Shown here one piece after another: positions 23,601 to 39,129 of a DNA stretch of 64,000 nucleotides. The translations under genes and the position numbers were made by a program. The first letter of the stretch is position 1; each line of letters begins with the position of its first letter. This stretch comes from the human T2T-CHM13v2.0 reference genome, Homo sapiens. The notes beneath the pieces were generated by a model. It was not told where the DNA came from, did no database searches, and worked only from the letters and a program-made list of their open reading frames with translations. The stretch is taken from assembly GCA_009914755.4 (NCBI GenBank), contig CP068257.2, positions 37,280,001 to 37,344,000 of the forward strand, written 5' to 3'.

Positions 23601-24999
23601 CTGCTTTTAAGACTTAAATCAAGGTCTTCAACAGAAAAGCCAGAGACAAACAAAAACAAACAAACTGATTCTGTTTTCCACCAAGCTCAAAGAGCCTTTG
23701 TCAAAGTAAATCAAAGCACTCCGGCAGCCAGCTTATTAGGTTTAATCATCAACTGTGCTTATCAGATCCTTCATTTGTAAGTCCCTTGAAGAAAAAAAGT
23801 GCAAAATGATTCCTTTTGTGCTTTGGAGATTGATATCAAAGCAGGCCTTGAGGTCAACTACAGAGGTGCTTTAAGTGGAAATTATAAGCAGGAAACAAAA
23901 TGCACTCATTCAATTTCTTCAAGTTGAGCGGAGACCTCCTGGATGCCACGTGTCAGCTTTACCTGCTAGAAACACACGCTCACCTCGCTGTCCAAGACCC
24001 TGGAAAGGGGAACCCCTTGAATTGATTGGATTTTGCTCCCCTTGGCCAATTCTTCACTATGGTTTAGAGATTTGTGGTCTTCCAGTGGCATTCTACTCAA
24101 TCAAGGTGACCAGCCATCTGTTGAACTGTCTTTTCCAACCTGATATACCCAAGTGTTGTGGTTCCAATTTCAATATTCCCTCCTAGGGATAGCAAATGAG
24201 AAGATCTATGGGTGAATAATACAAGAATATGGTAAATGGTTGACAATATTACCCACGAACCTGCATTAAGTCAGGTTGGTTCGCTGGCACCCTGAAGCCA
24301 GCCATAGCATAGTATTTGATTCAAAATCCAAACACACAGCAGCCAAAGAGGAAAGCAAAGGGCAAATTAAGCCACCACTGAAGGTGCCGGGACAGGCCAG
24401 AGGAAGATTCCATCCCACACCCAGCTCAACTTCTTCCCACCTTTCTTCTTTGTCTGTCTGCATCTGACATTTCAGTTCTCACAATCTTCTCTCCAAACAA
24501 ATTCTGCCACGTTCTCCCGGGACACCCTCTTGCTTTCTCTCTCCCTCTTGATGCAACAGTAGTTCTCAAACCTTCCCATGGAAAATCCCACCAGTTTCTT
24601 CCTTCCTGGGACCCTCTCTCCTTTCCTTTCCCTATACCAAAAGATCAAGACCAAGCTGGGATTACAGAAAGCGGGAACCCTGAGAGTGGAGTAGGAAACA
24701 GAGACTGAGGTTATTGGTGCACAAAATATGTGGTCCCTGGAACACTATTAATATTGTATTGATGGCCTACAGTGTGTTGGCCACCATATTAAATTGCTGA
24801 ATTTAACAGGGGTCTAAATTGGGCTTCTCTAAGTGCGTTCTGAGGACACTGTTCCAGGGAGATGCTTCTTACTAAGAGCATTTGATGGTTAAATACATTT
24901 GGAAAATGTGTCATCTCCTATTCATCCCCTGGAGACTCCTAATACACATTACATTTTTGGTAATTCCTGCAATAGATATACTTATTTGTCATTGGTTAG

Positions 25000-25437
<438 letters not shown>

Positions 25438-26335
25438 TAGTGTAGCCACGGGTGTGATGATTCTTGACTAGGAGGTTTTGTTCCCCAGGAACAGGGGCTG
25501 CAAACAGATGAGCTAGGGAGACAATTCAGGCATGGATGGTTGAGTAAACACAGAACGTTTAAAAAGAAAAATCAGCAGAATTACGTTGGTGCTCCTGTGT
25601 GGGATTCCTTTCCAAACTATAGTCATGGCTTTTAAAAATCTCAAAGATCCTTTGGTTTTCTTTCTCACACGTCCATTCCCCAGAACCCCTACCCGTTCCC
25701 TAGCATTGTTGTTTCTTAAATGCAATGATCTTCTCATGGTCCACAGACCTAGGAGAGGAATGGAGACCCCTCCAGCCCAGAGCCAGCCCCAGACGTCTGA
25801 CACCAGGGCTGCTATTTTGAAGGGTGCTTTGATATCTGCAGCTCCAGGCATTTTGTTATTTTGCTATTTGCTTTTGGAACTTCTTAAAACAAACCTCAAA
25901 GACGAGAAAACTCCTGTTTGAAATGAATTCCTTTTAGAATCCAAGAAATGACTCATAGAAGCTGTTTTGGCATTTATGTTCCCTGTTAAGATGATTAGGC
26001 TCATAAATTCTATTTTTGAAATGCAGTCTTTGTACCCCGAATATTTTTCCAGAACAGCAACAAAAAAAACCTGAGGTGGAGGAGTAGGGGAGGAATGATA
26101 TCCCTATTTACATGTTTGCTATGATTTAAATACATGCTGTTGCCTACTTATTTTTGTATTTTATCATCTATTTTTCCCCACACTATTAAAGAGGTTGGGC
26201 AATTTTCTTCAGTGAACTTGCTTAAAATGCTCTTTTTCTAAAGAAGAAACTGACTTTTAAAAATATCACTAGCTCATATGAACAAACTCATGTCTTGTTC
26301 ATGTATGAGCTAGTAAGATTAAAAGTTCTGTTTTC

Positions 26336-26450
26336 ACTCAAATGTCCAATGACTGATGAATGAATAACAAAAATGTGGAATAGTATTCAGCCTTAAAAAG
26401 GAATAAAATTCTGATACTTGTTCCAAGTAGGAATATATCTTGAGGACTCT
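26336..26450 (+). mobile_element. Short L1 ORF2-tail fragment (tentative)
   Basis: 'aaatgtccaatgactgatgaatgaataacaaaaatgtggaatagtattcagccttaaaaaggaataaaattctgatacttg' resembles the L1 segment 'aaatgtccatcaacagatgaatggataaagaaaatgtggtatatatacacaatggaatactattcagcc'. Confidence 0.35.
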
Positions 26451-27019
26451 GGGAGCACACTTTCAGAAACACCAGTGGCCTGGGGCTTCTTCCCCCGCCT
26501 GGTTTTGATCTTACCAACACTGCTGCTCCCGAAACAGCCTAGTTACTCATTCTTCAAAACTAATGCTTGGCTGGACCCAAGCCCTACTTTAATCACAAAA
26601 CTGGTACCGTTCCAACTGAGTTAGGTGGTTTTCTTAGGGCCATGCAACGGACTGTCTTGGCAGGGGGCAGGTGCAGCCTTCCTTCTTGGGAAAAAAGTCT
26701 CAACTGTAGAAATGTGATGGCCCCTGAGATTTGTTTTAAGTTATTGTAGTTGTTACCTAAGTTTTATGCACCGACGCCTTTGTTCTTGTGTAATAAACTG
26801 TCAACTGCAGCATGTTCAAAGTAGCTCAACCCTCTATTTGGTCATAAAATTAATCCTAATCTAAAAACCACTCTTTCATTTGTAATTGCGTGGCAAGCCC
26901 AAGTTTTTAAGGAGCGTTTTGTTGTTCGGTACTTTTGATAACACCTGTGAAGCAGTGCTGGTCATGAGAAAAGACTTCGTGTGTGCCTTTTCAAGAACAA
27001 TGAACTGCACTAAACTCTT

Positions 27020-27825
27020 TTTTTTTTAACTTGAAGTTCAGGGGTACATGTGCAGGTTTGTTATATAGGTAAACTTGTGCTGCGAATGTTTATTGAACAG
27101 ATTGTTTCATCAACCACGTATTAAGCCTAGTACCCATTAGTTATTTTTTCTGATCCTCTCCTTCCTCCCACCCTCTACCCTCAAGTAGGCCCCAGTGTGC
27201 GTTGTTCCTCTCTATGTGTCCAAGTGTTCTCATTATTTAACTCCCAGTTATAAGTGAGAACATGCAGTTATTTGGTTTTTTGTTCCTGTATTAGTTTGCT
27301 AAGGATAATGGCTTCATCTACGTGCCTGCAAATAATATGATCTCATTCTTTTTTATGGCTGCATAGTATTCCATGGTGTATGTGTATCACATTTTTTATC
27401 CAGTCAATTACCGATGGGCATTTAGGTTGATTCCATATCTTTGCTGTTGTGAATAGTGCTGCAATGAACATATGTGTGCATATGTCTTTATGACAGAACG
27501 ATTTATATTTCTTTGGGTATATACCTGGTATTGGGATTGCTGGGTTGAATGGTAGTTCTGTTTTTAGCTCTTTGAGGAATCACCACGCTGCTTTCCACAG
27601 TGGCTGGCCCAATTTACACTCCCACCAACAGTGTAGAAGCATTCCTTTCTCTCCATAAACTCACCAGCATCTGTTATTTTTTGACTTTTTAGTAATAGCC
27701 ATTCTGACTGATGTGAGATGGTATCTCATTGTGGTTTTGATGCGCATTTCTCTAATAATTAGTGATGTGTAGCTTTTTTTTCATATGCTTCTTGGCCATG
27801 TATATGTATTCTTTTGAAAAGGAAT
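27020..27825 (-). mobile_element. L1 LINE 3' end, antisense (ORF2 C-terminus plus 3' UTR plus polyA, read as polyT on +)
   Basis: 'ttttttttttaacttgaagttcaggggtacatgtgcaggtttgttatataggtaaacttgtgc...' then 'ttttatggctgcatagtattccatggtgtatgtgtatcacattttttatccagtcaattaccgatgggcatttaggttgattccatatctttgctgttgtgaatagtgctgcaatgaacatatgtgtgcatatgtcttt' and 'tgtgagatggtatctcattgtggttttgatgcgcatttctct'. These are reverse complements of L1 sense sequence. Confidence 0.8.
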
Positions 27826-28886
27826 TGCCTAAACTCAAACCTCAAAAGAAGTATTCTACTGTTTGAGTTTCAAATGAAAAATTAAGCATCAAGAATAAAG
27901 ATCTTCAAGAACGTCATTTTTGAGCATCTCTGGCATGACTAAAGAGGTCATGAATGCCCATCTCATGTGTATCTTCATGCTTTCCCTAAGGCACAGGCCA
28001 TGTTTCTGAATTACATGTCAAGAGATATACACAGTCGAGGGAGTGACCAGCCATTACATTCCAAAAATAATCCCTGTGAAGTAATTATAATCTGTTTACC
28101 TTGATTTGTCCAGAACAACTTGGTCATCAAGCATCTCTCTTTATGATGCACCCGCATGGATTTTGGTAAAGTAGAGATTGTGGAGGACTGAATGTATCAA
28201 ATATAGACAAAAGTGTCAGATAAGCTTTACAAATAAGTTTGCCACATTTTTTCAGGTGTAGGCAATTCTCGCTGACTTCACCGGGGCTGATCTGGAGTGA
28301 TGTTAACTTACCCCAGTGAGCTTTGTCCTCTCAGCTTCGGGCTTCTGGGCCACTCCCAGTTGATGTCCTGGGGCACAAGAGATGGGGGAGATGGATAAGA
28401 ACACAGTTCCCATCAGTTTCCAGGATGCCTCATTAGGAAGCTCTCTTTTTGGCCAGACCTGGGGGAGACACCATATAACACAATGCACCCCAGAGGAAAG
28501 GCAGTGAAGTTTAGCAGGGCTGAGCCATCCCCACTTGAGATACGAGGCTGGGCACCATTTTACACCAGTGATGACACCTCTAATGGGGTGGAAAGGTCAC
28601 TTAGGCATGGCTATCTTCAACTCCACTATTGACCTTCCCCACCTCCACTCCTTTTCTGCCCTCCCTCTATAGTCTGGGCAGAAAGAAGGAAGAGATTTCT
28701 TCCAGAGGTCGTAAGATAAGCCACAGAAGAACTTCTCTCCACAAAGCCCCCATTTGTGGTCATGGAAGGCAGGCGAAGGTTGGTGCCCTTGGATGAGTGT
28801 CTCTTGCTCTGGAATGGAGGGCGGGCGCTGGTGCTAGCATTTCCCTCACCTTTGGAAACTCCCTTGGCTGTAAAGAGCAAGATGAG

Positions 28887-29394
<508 letters not shown>

Positions 29395-30080
29395 TTAATG
29401 GGTGCCAGTCCGGGCCCAAAGGGTTGTGGGAGAAACAATGAGCTGAAAGGGGCCCCTCTGATCTTTGGACTCACATCCTTCAGGGGGACTACAGGCTGCA
29501 TCATTCATTCCTTCATTGATTCAATAACTGTTCATTGAGTTTCTGCTCTGTGTTCTCAAGGTTGAGAATTGGCAGCAAACAAGACAAACAGACTCTGCTT
29601 TCATGGTTTTGAGTACCTTGAGACCTACAGCCCCAAGCCAAGAAATCCAGCTTTCCCATCACAGCACAGGGTGCTATAAAGAACATCAGGTGGGTCATGG
29701 GCTGCAGAGCAACTGAATCCCCCTGAACACTCCCCCCGTTCAGGGAATGCCAAGCTAAGGCCTCAGTGAGGAAAAGGAGCCAGGTAAGTGAAAATACAGG
29801 GGGAAAGCTTTGTGTGGGGAAAACGTGCAAAGGCCCTGGGGTAGGTGGTCTGGAGTATTCAAGGAGCAGCGGGTGTTTTGCAGCTGCAGGGGAAGGAAGG
29901 AGGGATGTGCAGAGATCTCAGTGCAGCCCTTCACACAGGGCATCATGGGGGAGGCATGAAGATGGTCCCAACTGTCTTCTGAGGACACTCTCTGGTCTCA
30001 TCTGGAGCCCCGAGCGTGGGCTTCTAAACCACTCAAGGGACCAGTGGAAAAACTTGTCTGATTCAAAACCCAGTGAAGAA

Positions 30081-30235
30081 GCCAGGGCTGTTGGCATGTG
30101 CCTGTAGTGCCAGCTACTTAGGAGGCTAAGATGGGAAGATGGCTCAAGCCCAGGAGTTCAAGGCCAGCCTGGGCAAAGTAGAGTCCCTGTCTGTCACAAA
30201 AGAGTAAAATTAAATAAATAAAATCAACCATGCAC
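30081..30235 (+). mobile_element. Alu-monomer-like fragment (FRAM or old Alu right arm)
   Basis: 'gccagggctgttggcatgtgcctgtagtgccagctacttaggaggctaagatgggaagatggctcaagcccaggagttcaaggccagcctgggcaaagtagagtccctgtctgtcacaaaag' plus an A-rich tail. Confidence 0.5.
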
Positions 30236-30409
30236 TGCTGTCCTCCTTGCACACCACTGAAGAGGCTCCTGCCTTCTTTGGCGGTCCCTCCATTCACATC
30301 CAGCATCATAAGATGTCAGGCACACATCTCAGCCTGCTGTATTCCCAGCAGAGGAGGCAGAGCCAGGACACCAGCCCATTCTTCCTAACTAATCTGCCGT
30401 TTAATTAGA

Positions 30410-30600
30410 CCAGTTCTTCTCAACGGGGTGCTGTTTCACCCAGGGGACACTGGCAACCTCTGGAGGCATTTTTGGTTGGCACAAATGGGGCAGGGGTGCT
30501 TCTGGCATCTGGCAGGTAGGGACAGGGGTGCTGCTAACATCCTGCAGCACTGGGGACAGCCCCCCACACCAGAAAACCATCCCATCCAAAATGCTAACCC
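30410..30600 (-). mobile_element. MER5/MER20-like hAT-Charlie non-autonomous DNA transposon
   Basis: 'cagttcttctcaacggggtgctgtttcacccaggggacactggcaacctctggaggcatttttggttggcacaaatggggcaggggtgcttctggcatctggcaggtagggacaggggtgctgctaacatcctgcagcactggggacagcccccc' belongs to the common 'cagtggttctcaac...ggggacatttggcaatgtctggagac...tgctgctaaacatcct' family. Confidence 0.5.
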
Positions 30601-31068
30601 ATAGATCAGAAGGAAGATGAGCCTGGGGAGAAAACTAGAGAGGATTTTGCTCCAGAAAAAAATGACCCACAATAAAGCTGGCTCAGCTCCTTTCAAAATT
30701 AAATACCTTCCTTCTTTGTCACACACTGGAAAACGAGCGAGTTTCTATTTCAGGCTGTGGGGTGAGTTAGCGTCGGCTTGGCCGGCTGTCTGGCAGAGGC
30801 TCCGATTCATCAATGACAGCTAAGTGTGGTTTGCTGTGTGTCAGGAAAAGGTCCAGGATGGGCTGGGGCAGGGAGTGTGGGGGGCAGACCACCCTCATCT
30901 CTGGGGCTGCTGGAGCTTCCGGAGCCTGGAGCACACCCAGCCTGCTTCTCCTTGTGGGAAGTGATTAAATGTGAAGCTTAAAGCTGTAAGGACTTCCTGG
31001 CATCGCGGGTTTTTACTTCTGAACTTGTTCCCCCCTCTCTTTACTTGCCCTCTGAAGCTCCCAAATTC

Positions 31069-31203
31069 AGGGCCAGGCACAGTGGCTCATGCCTATAATC
31101 CCAGCACTTTGGGAGGCCAAGGCAGGTGGACTGCTTGAGGCCAGGAGTTGGAGACCAGCCTGGCAATATAGCAAGACCCCATCTCTATAAAATAAATTAA
31201 TTA
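31069..31203 (+). mobile_element. Free left Alu monomer (FLAM-like)
   Basis: 'gggccaggcacagtggctcatgcctataatcccagcactttgggaggccaaggcaggtggactgcttgaggccaggagttggagaccagcctggcaatatagcaagaccccatctctataaaataaattaattaa'. Confidence 0.6.
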
Positions 31204-31296
31204 AGCTCTCAAATCGAAAGCAGAGGTGTGTGTAGAAATACCCTTAAATAGATATGACAGTGATGTCATTGTACAACATAGCTGTCAGGGTGGAAG

Positions 31297-31685
31297 TGTG
31301 TCTCCCAAAATTGATATGTTGAAGCCTTAACCCATGGTAGCTCAGAATGTGACTCTGTTTGGACATGGGGTCTTCAGAGGGGTAACTAAAGTAAAGTAAC
31401 GCTATTTGGGTGAGGCCCTAATCCAGTCTGACTGGTGTCCTCATAAGAAGAGGAGACAGAAACATACACAGAGGGATGAGCCTGTGAGGACACAGGGAGA
31501 GGACGGCATCTATGAGTCGAGGAGAGAGACCTCAGGAGAAATCTACCAGTCAGGAGAAACCAACCCTGCCACACTTTGGTCTTGGACTCCAGCCTCCAGA
31601 ACTGGGAGACAATAAATTTCTGCTGTTTAAGACAGCCAGTCTGTGGTTCTTTGTTATGGCAGCCTTGGCAAACTAATCCCACATG
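31297..31685 (+). mobile_element. MLT1-type MaLR solo LTR
   Basis: 'tgtgtctcccaaaattgatatgttgaagccttaacccatggtagctcagaatgtgactctgtttggacatggggtc...gggtgaggccctaatccagtctgactggtgtcctcataagaagaggagacag...cctgtgaggacacagggagaggacggcatctatgagtcgaggagagagacctcaggagaaa...cttggactccagcctccagaactgggagacaataaatttctgctgtttaagacagccagtctgtggttctttgttatggcagcc'. Confidence 0.6.
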
Positions 31686-34283
31686 CTTAGAGCTACGAGG
31701 GGTTCAGATATTCTCCTGTGCAACCTGCCCCCCAGGGTCACCATCTCTTTTATGGACACACTCTGAGAAGCCATCAGTCACTGTTGGGGATGGAGACCTC
31801 ACTACGTCTCAAAGAAATTGTTTAGCATGGTATATTAGCTTTATCTTGCTGCTGTAACAAATTATTTTAATCTTGGGTGTTTAAGGAAATAGCAATTTAT
31901 CCTCTCATGGTCCAAAACCAGTTTCCCTGGGCTAGCACCCTCCAAGGGCTGTGGTGGAGAATCTGTTTCCTTGCCTTTCCCAGCATCTAGAGCTACATCC
32001 CTTGCATTTCTTGGCTCCTGGTCCCTTCCTTCCTCCATCTTCAAAGCCTGTAGTGTAGCATCTTGCTTCCTCGATCAGATGGCCCTCTTCTGTCTATGTA
32101 AAATCTCCTTCTGCCCATCTCTTATAAGAACACTAGAGAGTGCATTTAGGGCCCTCCTGGATGAGCCAGGACAAACTCCCATCCCAGATCCTTAATTTAA
32201 TCACATTTGCAAAGTCTCTGCCCTATAAAGTGATGTATTCACGGGTTCCAGAGATTAGAATGTGGGTATCTTTGCAGGAAGGGGGGATTCTTCAGCCTCA
32301 CACACATTGGCCTCCTCTCCAGGGCTGAAAGTCACCTCTCCAGAGCTTCCAACCCATCACTCCTTGTTGTGAACTCTGCAGCAAATAACCCATGTCTAAC
32401 TCTTCCTACTTGAGATCTTCCTCCAGCTTTCTGAGAACAGCTCAGGTACACCTTCAAGGGTGCCCATTTCCAGACTGGCTGCCCCATGATTTCCCTCCTT
32501 CCTCATGGGCTATGGCCTCCCAAGGCCTCTGCAGCCTGTTTCCTCTCCAACAGACTTGAGTTGGTTAATAGCTCTCGAAAAATGTGGCAACAAGAATGGG
32601 TGAGATGCTGCAAGGTGACTCCACAGCCCAGAGAACAGCAGGTGCCTGCCCTTTAGTGCCATTGGCTATGGGCCATGGGCCACAGAGCTTGCTTCAGCTT
32701 CAGTATCTGCATTTCACCTGCAAGGCACTGAGGCCCCATCACTGAAAAACCACAAGAGCAGAAATCTTCCACCTTGTCTACCACAGAGTTCCAGTTCCTA
32801 AGACACCGGCCTACTCCTAACTGGGGCTCAAAAAATACCTGTTGATGAAACAAATGTAGCATTAATTCTACTTGCCAAGTCTATGAGTAGATATTTATCT
32901 TTAATCTTCCAGAATTTCAACTTTGCCATGAATATAACATTTTTTGTCTCGTATAAACAATGGTTTGCGGAAAAACAAAAGAGGCTTTTCGATAAACAGA
33001 GAGAGCCCAGCCAGTGAAGCTTCAACACTTTTAAGATTCTAAGTCACTAGTTCACGGTTAATTCAAGTAACTACTTTGCAGACTGGAAGGGTGAAAAGAA
33101 GTGACAAAGACCCCTCTTCCTCCCACTTCAGTTAGGGGGTAGGGGAGAAAGAGAGAGAGGGGAACATTTATGGGACGATGGAAAGTCCAAAAGGAACCAA
33201 AAATTTTCCCACGTCAAAAAAGGCAGAGTCCAAAGAATAAGAGAAAAGTCTGATGAGGCCTGAATATCATCAGCTATTATAGAGGAACGAGTTTGATTTA
33301 ATTGTAGCAGCTACACTTGTACACATTTGAGGTGGAGAAAAAACTGGACCTCCTGACACAGTCATGTTTTCATGTGAACAGGAAAGATTCTACTGCAGCA
33401 GGCCATGGGCCAGCCCAGACAACTGTCTGCAGCCAACACCTGCTGTGTGTACTTAGCTCTTCACTGGCAGCCTCACCTTCCCTGCACCCCACATCCTTAA
33501 TGGGGGTGATGCTCTTTCCAAAGGGCAGAAAACTGGTTCTTAAGGGGTCACAACAAATCTTAGACATCATAATGGTTTGTGGCCCTTTAAATTTTCATTC
33601 TCTACAGCACATTCTTACTCTTTAGTATTGAATTTCCTTTGTTGTGAGGAAATTAAATTAAGTTTAAATTGATTAGTTTTTCTTTCTGGGAGGTGATAAG
33701 GATGGAAAGGTTGTACAACACGGCCCCAACCCACCCTGGCACCAGCAGCCCTGTCCACTGAGGAGTCTGAAGCTCACTCACACTTGGGCCTAAGTGTTTG
33801 ACTGGGATGTCTGATGGATGGAACCTTTCCCACCAGCTGCCAGCCATGCTGCACAGAGGTGTGAGCATGTAGGGAGGAACCAATGCAGTGGGCCAGGGGT
33901 ACCATCTTCATTGCTCCTCGAAGATGGTGGCTCTTTTCTCTGTTGCTGTGACATATGGCTTCTGCTAGTCACAAGCCTGTGGCCACATAGCTCCCACGTC
34001 TGGCTTCCTCTTGCAGCATGCTGCTTTGCCCTTGCCAATTCTTGGTTAGTCTTTTCCTCATGCTTCCCAAGAGGGTGACAGGGTGGGTTGATCAGTCATT
34101 ATCTAGTTTCCAATATCCTTTGTGTTAGTTTCCTTGGAGCTGCTGTAGTAAATTACCATAGACTTAGTGGCTTTAAAAACACAAAATTTGGGGGCCATAA
34201 AGAAGGAAAAAACGTCTACTCTCACCCTCCTAGGTTCCCCAGCTATAGTCTTGTAAATGAGACTAATTGCTAATGGTTTGAAT

Positions 34284-34635
34284 GTCTCTCTTCCAAAACT
34301 CATGTTGAAACTTAATTGCCAATGTGATGTAATGTAATGTATCAGGAGGTGGGGCCTTGAAGAGGTGATTAATAGATTAATGTCATTATTGTGGGAGTGG
34401 GTTAGTTGTTGCAGAAGTGGGATCCTGATGAAAAGAATGAGTTCAGTCTAATTTCCTCTGCTTGTCTCACATGCTCACTTCTGCCTTCTGCCATGGGCCC
34501 ACCTTGGCCAGATGCAAGTGCCAAGCACTTGGACTTCCCGGCCTCCAGAACTGTGAGCTAAATCAATCTCTCTTTTTTGAAATAAATTATCTTGTCTGTG
34601 GCATTCTGTTATAGCAGCAGAAGATGGACTAAGGC
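34284..34635 (+). mobile_element. MST/MLT1-type MaLR solo LTR
   Basis: 'gaaacttaattgccaatgtgatgtaatgtaatgtatcaggaggtggggccttgaagaggtgattaatagattaatgtcattattgtgggagtgggttagttgttgcagaagtgggatcctgatgaaaag...cttctgccatgggcc...cttggacttcccggcctccagaactgtgagctaaatcaatctctctttttt...ctgtctgtggcattctgttatagcagc'. Confidence 0.6.
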
Positions 34636-36389
34636 ACTGATGAAGGACAGATTAACAAGAGGAAAGCAGACAGAAGTTTACTAATGTGTGCATCTTAACT
34701 ATGCATGAGGAGCACTCAGGGATGAGTAACTCAGAGGGGTGGATAGAACTTGGGTTTACATAGAATTTTAACAAAAGAACAGTCAATTTTGTAGAGAAGT
34801 GACAAGACAAGAGAAAAGGGCTTTGAGTTTCAAGGGGGAGGACACATTGTGGGAAGACAAATATATGGAAAAACTAATGGTAGATAAGGGCTAGTTAATA
34901 AGGTTTGTTGATTCCCCTGGTGCCGTCACAGGCTGATAAGGGTCTAGAGCTGTCTCTGATGATTAACACTTGCCCTTCTTGGTAGAGAAAGGAGGGGGAT
35001 ACCTTTACAAATTTATGTTCCGCTTTTAGACAAACAGGGGGAAGGCAGGGAGCTTTTCTTCTTCTCAATTGCCTTCAGCTTAAAATAATCCTGTTACCAA
35101 CATGGCTTATATTGGGGAGGCATATTATTCTGCTATGCTTCAGGGCCCACTCAGATAATCCAGTATAATTTCCCATCACAAGATACCTTATTTATCACAT
35201 CAGCTGTGTAGAGTAACATATTCACAGGGATTCAGACACAGGCTTTTTTGGGGGACGAGGGGGCATTGTTCAGGCTACCTCATGCCTTAAGACAGTGTTC
35301 TTCTGCCAGGACACTTTGCTGACTGACAGCCTGCCTGGAAGGCAGGCTTTATCAGTGGTGGATAGAGCAGTTAAATCACAGAATGCAACTCAACTTGGCA
35401 ACCTGTGGATCAGGGGGCACCCCAAGAAACTGGGTTGTTGTAGATGCTCTGCTGGGCCATGCCTGCAAGGCCTGCCCTGATATTTTCCTAAGACTATTTA
35501 TATTTTTGAAGATAGCTTTGGATTAAACAGTTAAAAGTCAAATGGCAAGGAGTAGGGGGTATTGGGGATAAAGCCTTTGCCTTGAGACAGCCGTCACCCA
35601 CTCTATTAAAGGAAACAGACAAGCAATGTCCAAGCAGCCAGAAACTCAGAAAACTCCAGATGGAGCAATATCCCCCAGACTGACCCCACTCCTCCTTCTG
35701 AAGTTGTGCAAGATATTGCCTGGGGGAAGTGAGGTCACCCACTTCACCATCACTTTAGCCAAAGTGCAGCAGTGTGCAATATACAAAGTGTTTGTGGAGG
35801 TTTGAGTTTGTTCATTTTCTTTTTCCAAGAGCAGATTTTTCCCCCTAAAAGCATGCTCTTAAAGGAACGGCCCCCAGCTAGTCACAAGGAACTCGAATAC
35901 TAACAAACACATCATTAAACATATATGACTTCCTTTCAGTACATTCCGTCCAGATGCAGGAGACAGTTACCACATTGATTTTCAGACCACCCTCATTATT
36001 GCTCCCACCCATCTCTCATTAAATTGCCTTCAAACAACAACAAAAAAAAGTCATTAAGATCTAACTTCTGCTTCTCCTTTTTCTTAATTCCATTCTGTGA
36101 AGTTAAATAGGCAATAGTTGGTTCAAACAACCTACGATATTTCCTCATTTTCTCTATTTTGTAGGTCCTGAGAAGCTGCCATTAGCTCTCAAGGCTTTGA
36201 GAGTCCAGCCAGTTTCTCCAGAGTGAAGTCCCCCTCCTCAGAGGAACAAATGCTTTCAGAGGAACAAATGCTTTCTGAGAAACTCGCCACTGGGTAGATC
36301 CTGCCACCCACCTGCCTGCCGCTGCAAAGCAGAGCCTGCCCAAAAAGCTGCCATCATTCCCAGCACTGCTACATAAATGCTGAGTGTGG

Positions 36390-37536
<1,147 letters not shown>

Positions 37537-38074
37537 TTTATCTCTATTCTTAATACATCTCTTCTGCTGCTTCTGTCTGCTTCTGAGGTTTCAACCTAAG
37601 CCCGATTTGGGCTGCAAATCCAAGTAAGAACCATTAAGGCCCTCTGGGGATTTGGCTAGTTCCAAAAGGGGTCCAGGGAAATGAGCTGTGTCCTCCCCAA
37701 CCTTCCCTCCCTCCAAGTTCTCTTAAAGTAGGGTGGCCCATGTCGAAGGATGCAAAATAAAAGCAAAATAATGCCATACCCATTGCCTACAAGGGGCAGG
37801 GCCCAGGGAGGAAGGAAAGAAGATGCTGTTAGGTCTCTAGTCACGCCTGACTCTCTGCTGTGAGTGTCCCATAGAATGTCTCATTCTCACCATCCTGAGG
37901 TCAGGGCCAAGGTCCCCATCCTATAGGTGCAGGGTGTCTGGGCTGGGATCCAAGCCAAGTATCCTTGTTCCGAAGATCACATGAAGATTCACCCCAAGAC
38001 CTGGTGTTACAGCAGCCTTCTTCTATATCCACGGTCTGTGCAGGGCCACTCAGTTGAAGTTCAGTTCAACATAA

Positions 38075-38265
38075 TTACAGCGGCAGTTCTCAAACCTTCG
38101 GGGGCATCAGAATCACCTGAATGGCTTGGTGCAACACCCGTTGTTCCTCGCCCCATAGTTTCTGATTCCGTGGGTCTGGGTAGGGCCTGGGATTCTGCAT
38201 TGCTAACACGTTTCCAGGCAATGGTGAGAGGTCAGTCCAGGCTCCACAGTTTGAGACCTATCCCT
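38075..38265. mobile_element. MER5A-like hAT-Charlie MITE (tentative)
   Basis: 'cagcggcagttctcaaaccttcgggggcatcagaatcacctgaatggcttggtgcaacacccgttgttcctcgccccatagtttctgattccgtgggtctgggtagggcctgggattctgcattgctaacacgtttccaggc...gtttgagacc' resembles the near-palindromic 'cagtggttctcaaa...catcagcatcacctgg...tactgaatcagaaactctggg...gcaatctgtgttttaacaag...tttgagaaccactg'. Confidence 0.45.
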
Positions 38266-38691
38266 TCGTGTAAACATGGGATGGTATCAGGTATGAGCCA
38301 ACTCCTGGTGTCTACGCCCTCAAATGATGGATGGAAAAGACCAGGAGATGGAGGGGCCCTCCTTCCTCAGCCCCCCTCCACCCACACACACACGGCTTTC
38401 ATGACCTCCCCTTTGCTAGCTGCCTCTGCCAGGCGGTGGCCTGAGTGCTGCTGTCACCCACACCCTCCATCCTTCCTGTGCCCAGAGTCCATTTCTCCAC
38501 TTCCCTCTGTTCACGGTTAATTCACGTGGAGGGAACGTCCCTGAGCTTGTGTTCACATGAGCAGACACACCCACAGGGGCCGCCACTTCTTTTGCCACCT
38601 TTCCGTGTTTACCTTGTCCTTCCCTTTTGGATTTGTTTTGCTACACATTGTGTTATGAGCTGGACTGTGTTCCCCTCAAAATTCATCTCTT

Positions 38692-39009
<318 letters not shown>

Positions 39010-39129
39010 CTATCCCCTAGTAGCTCAGACTGTGACTGTATTCGGAGATGGGGCCTTTAAAGAGGTGATTAAAGTTAAATGTGACTGTCCCAGGGCCAGA
39101 AGTCTCTTCAGAAATGATGGGCTTAAGGA

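Noticed and set aside
37927-38520. ORF 37927..38520 (+, 197 aa) in relatively GC-rich unique-looking sequence
   Set aside because: It overlaps a MER5A-like hAT element. It shows no codon-usage periodicity I can see, no recognisable domain, and no splice-bounded structure. It is most likely a chance ORF in GC-rich DNA.
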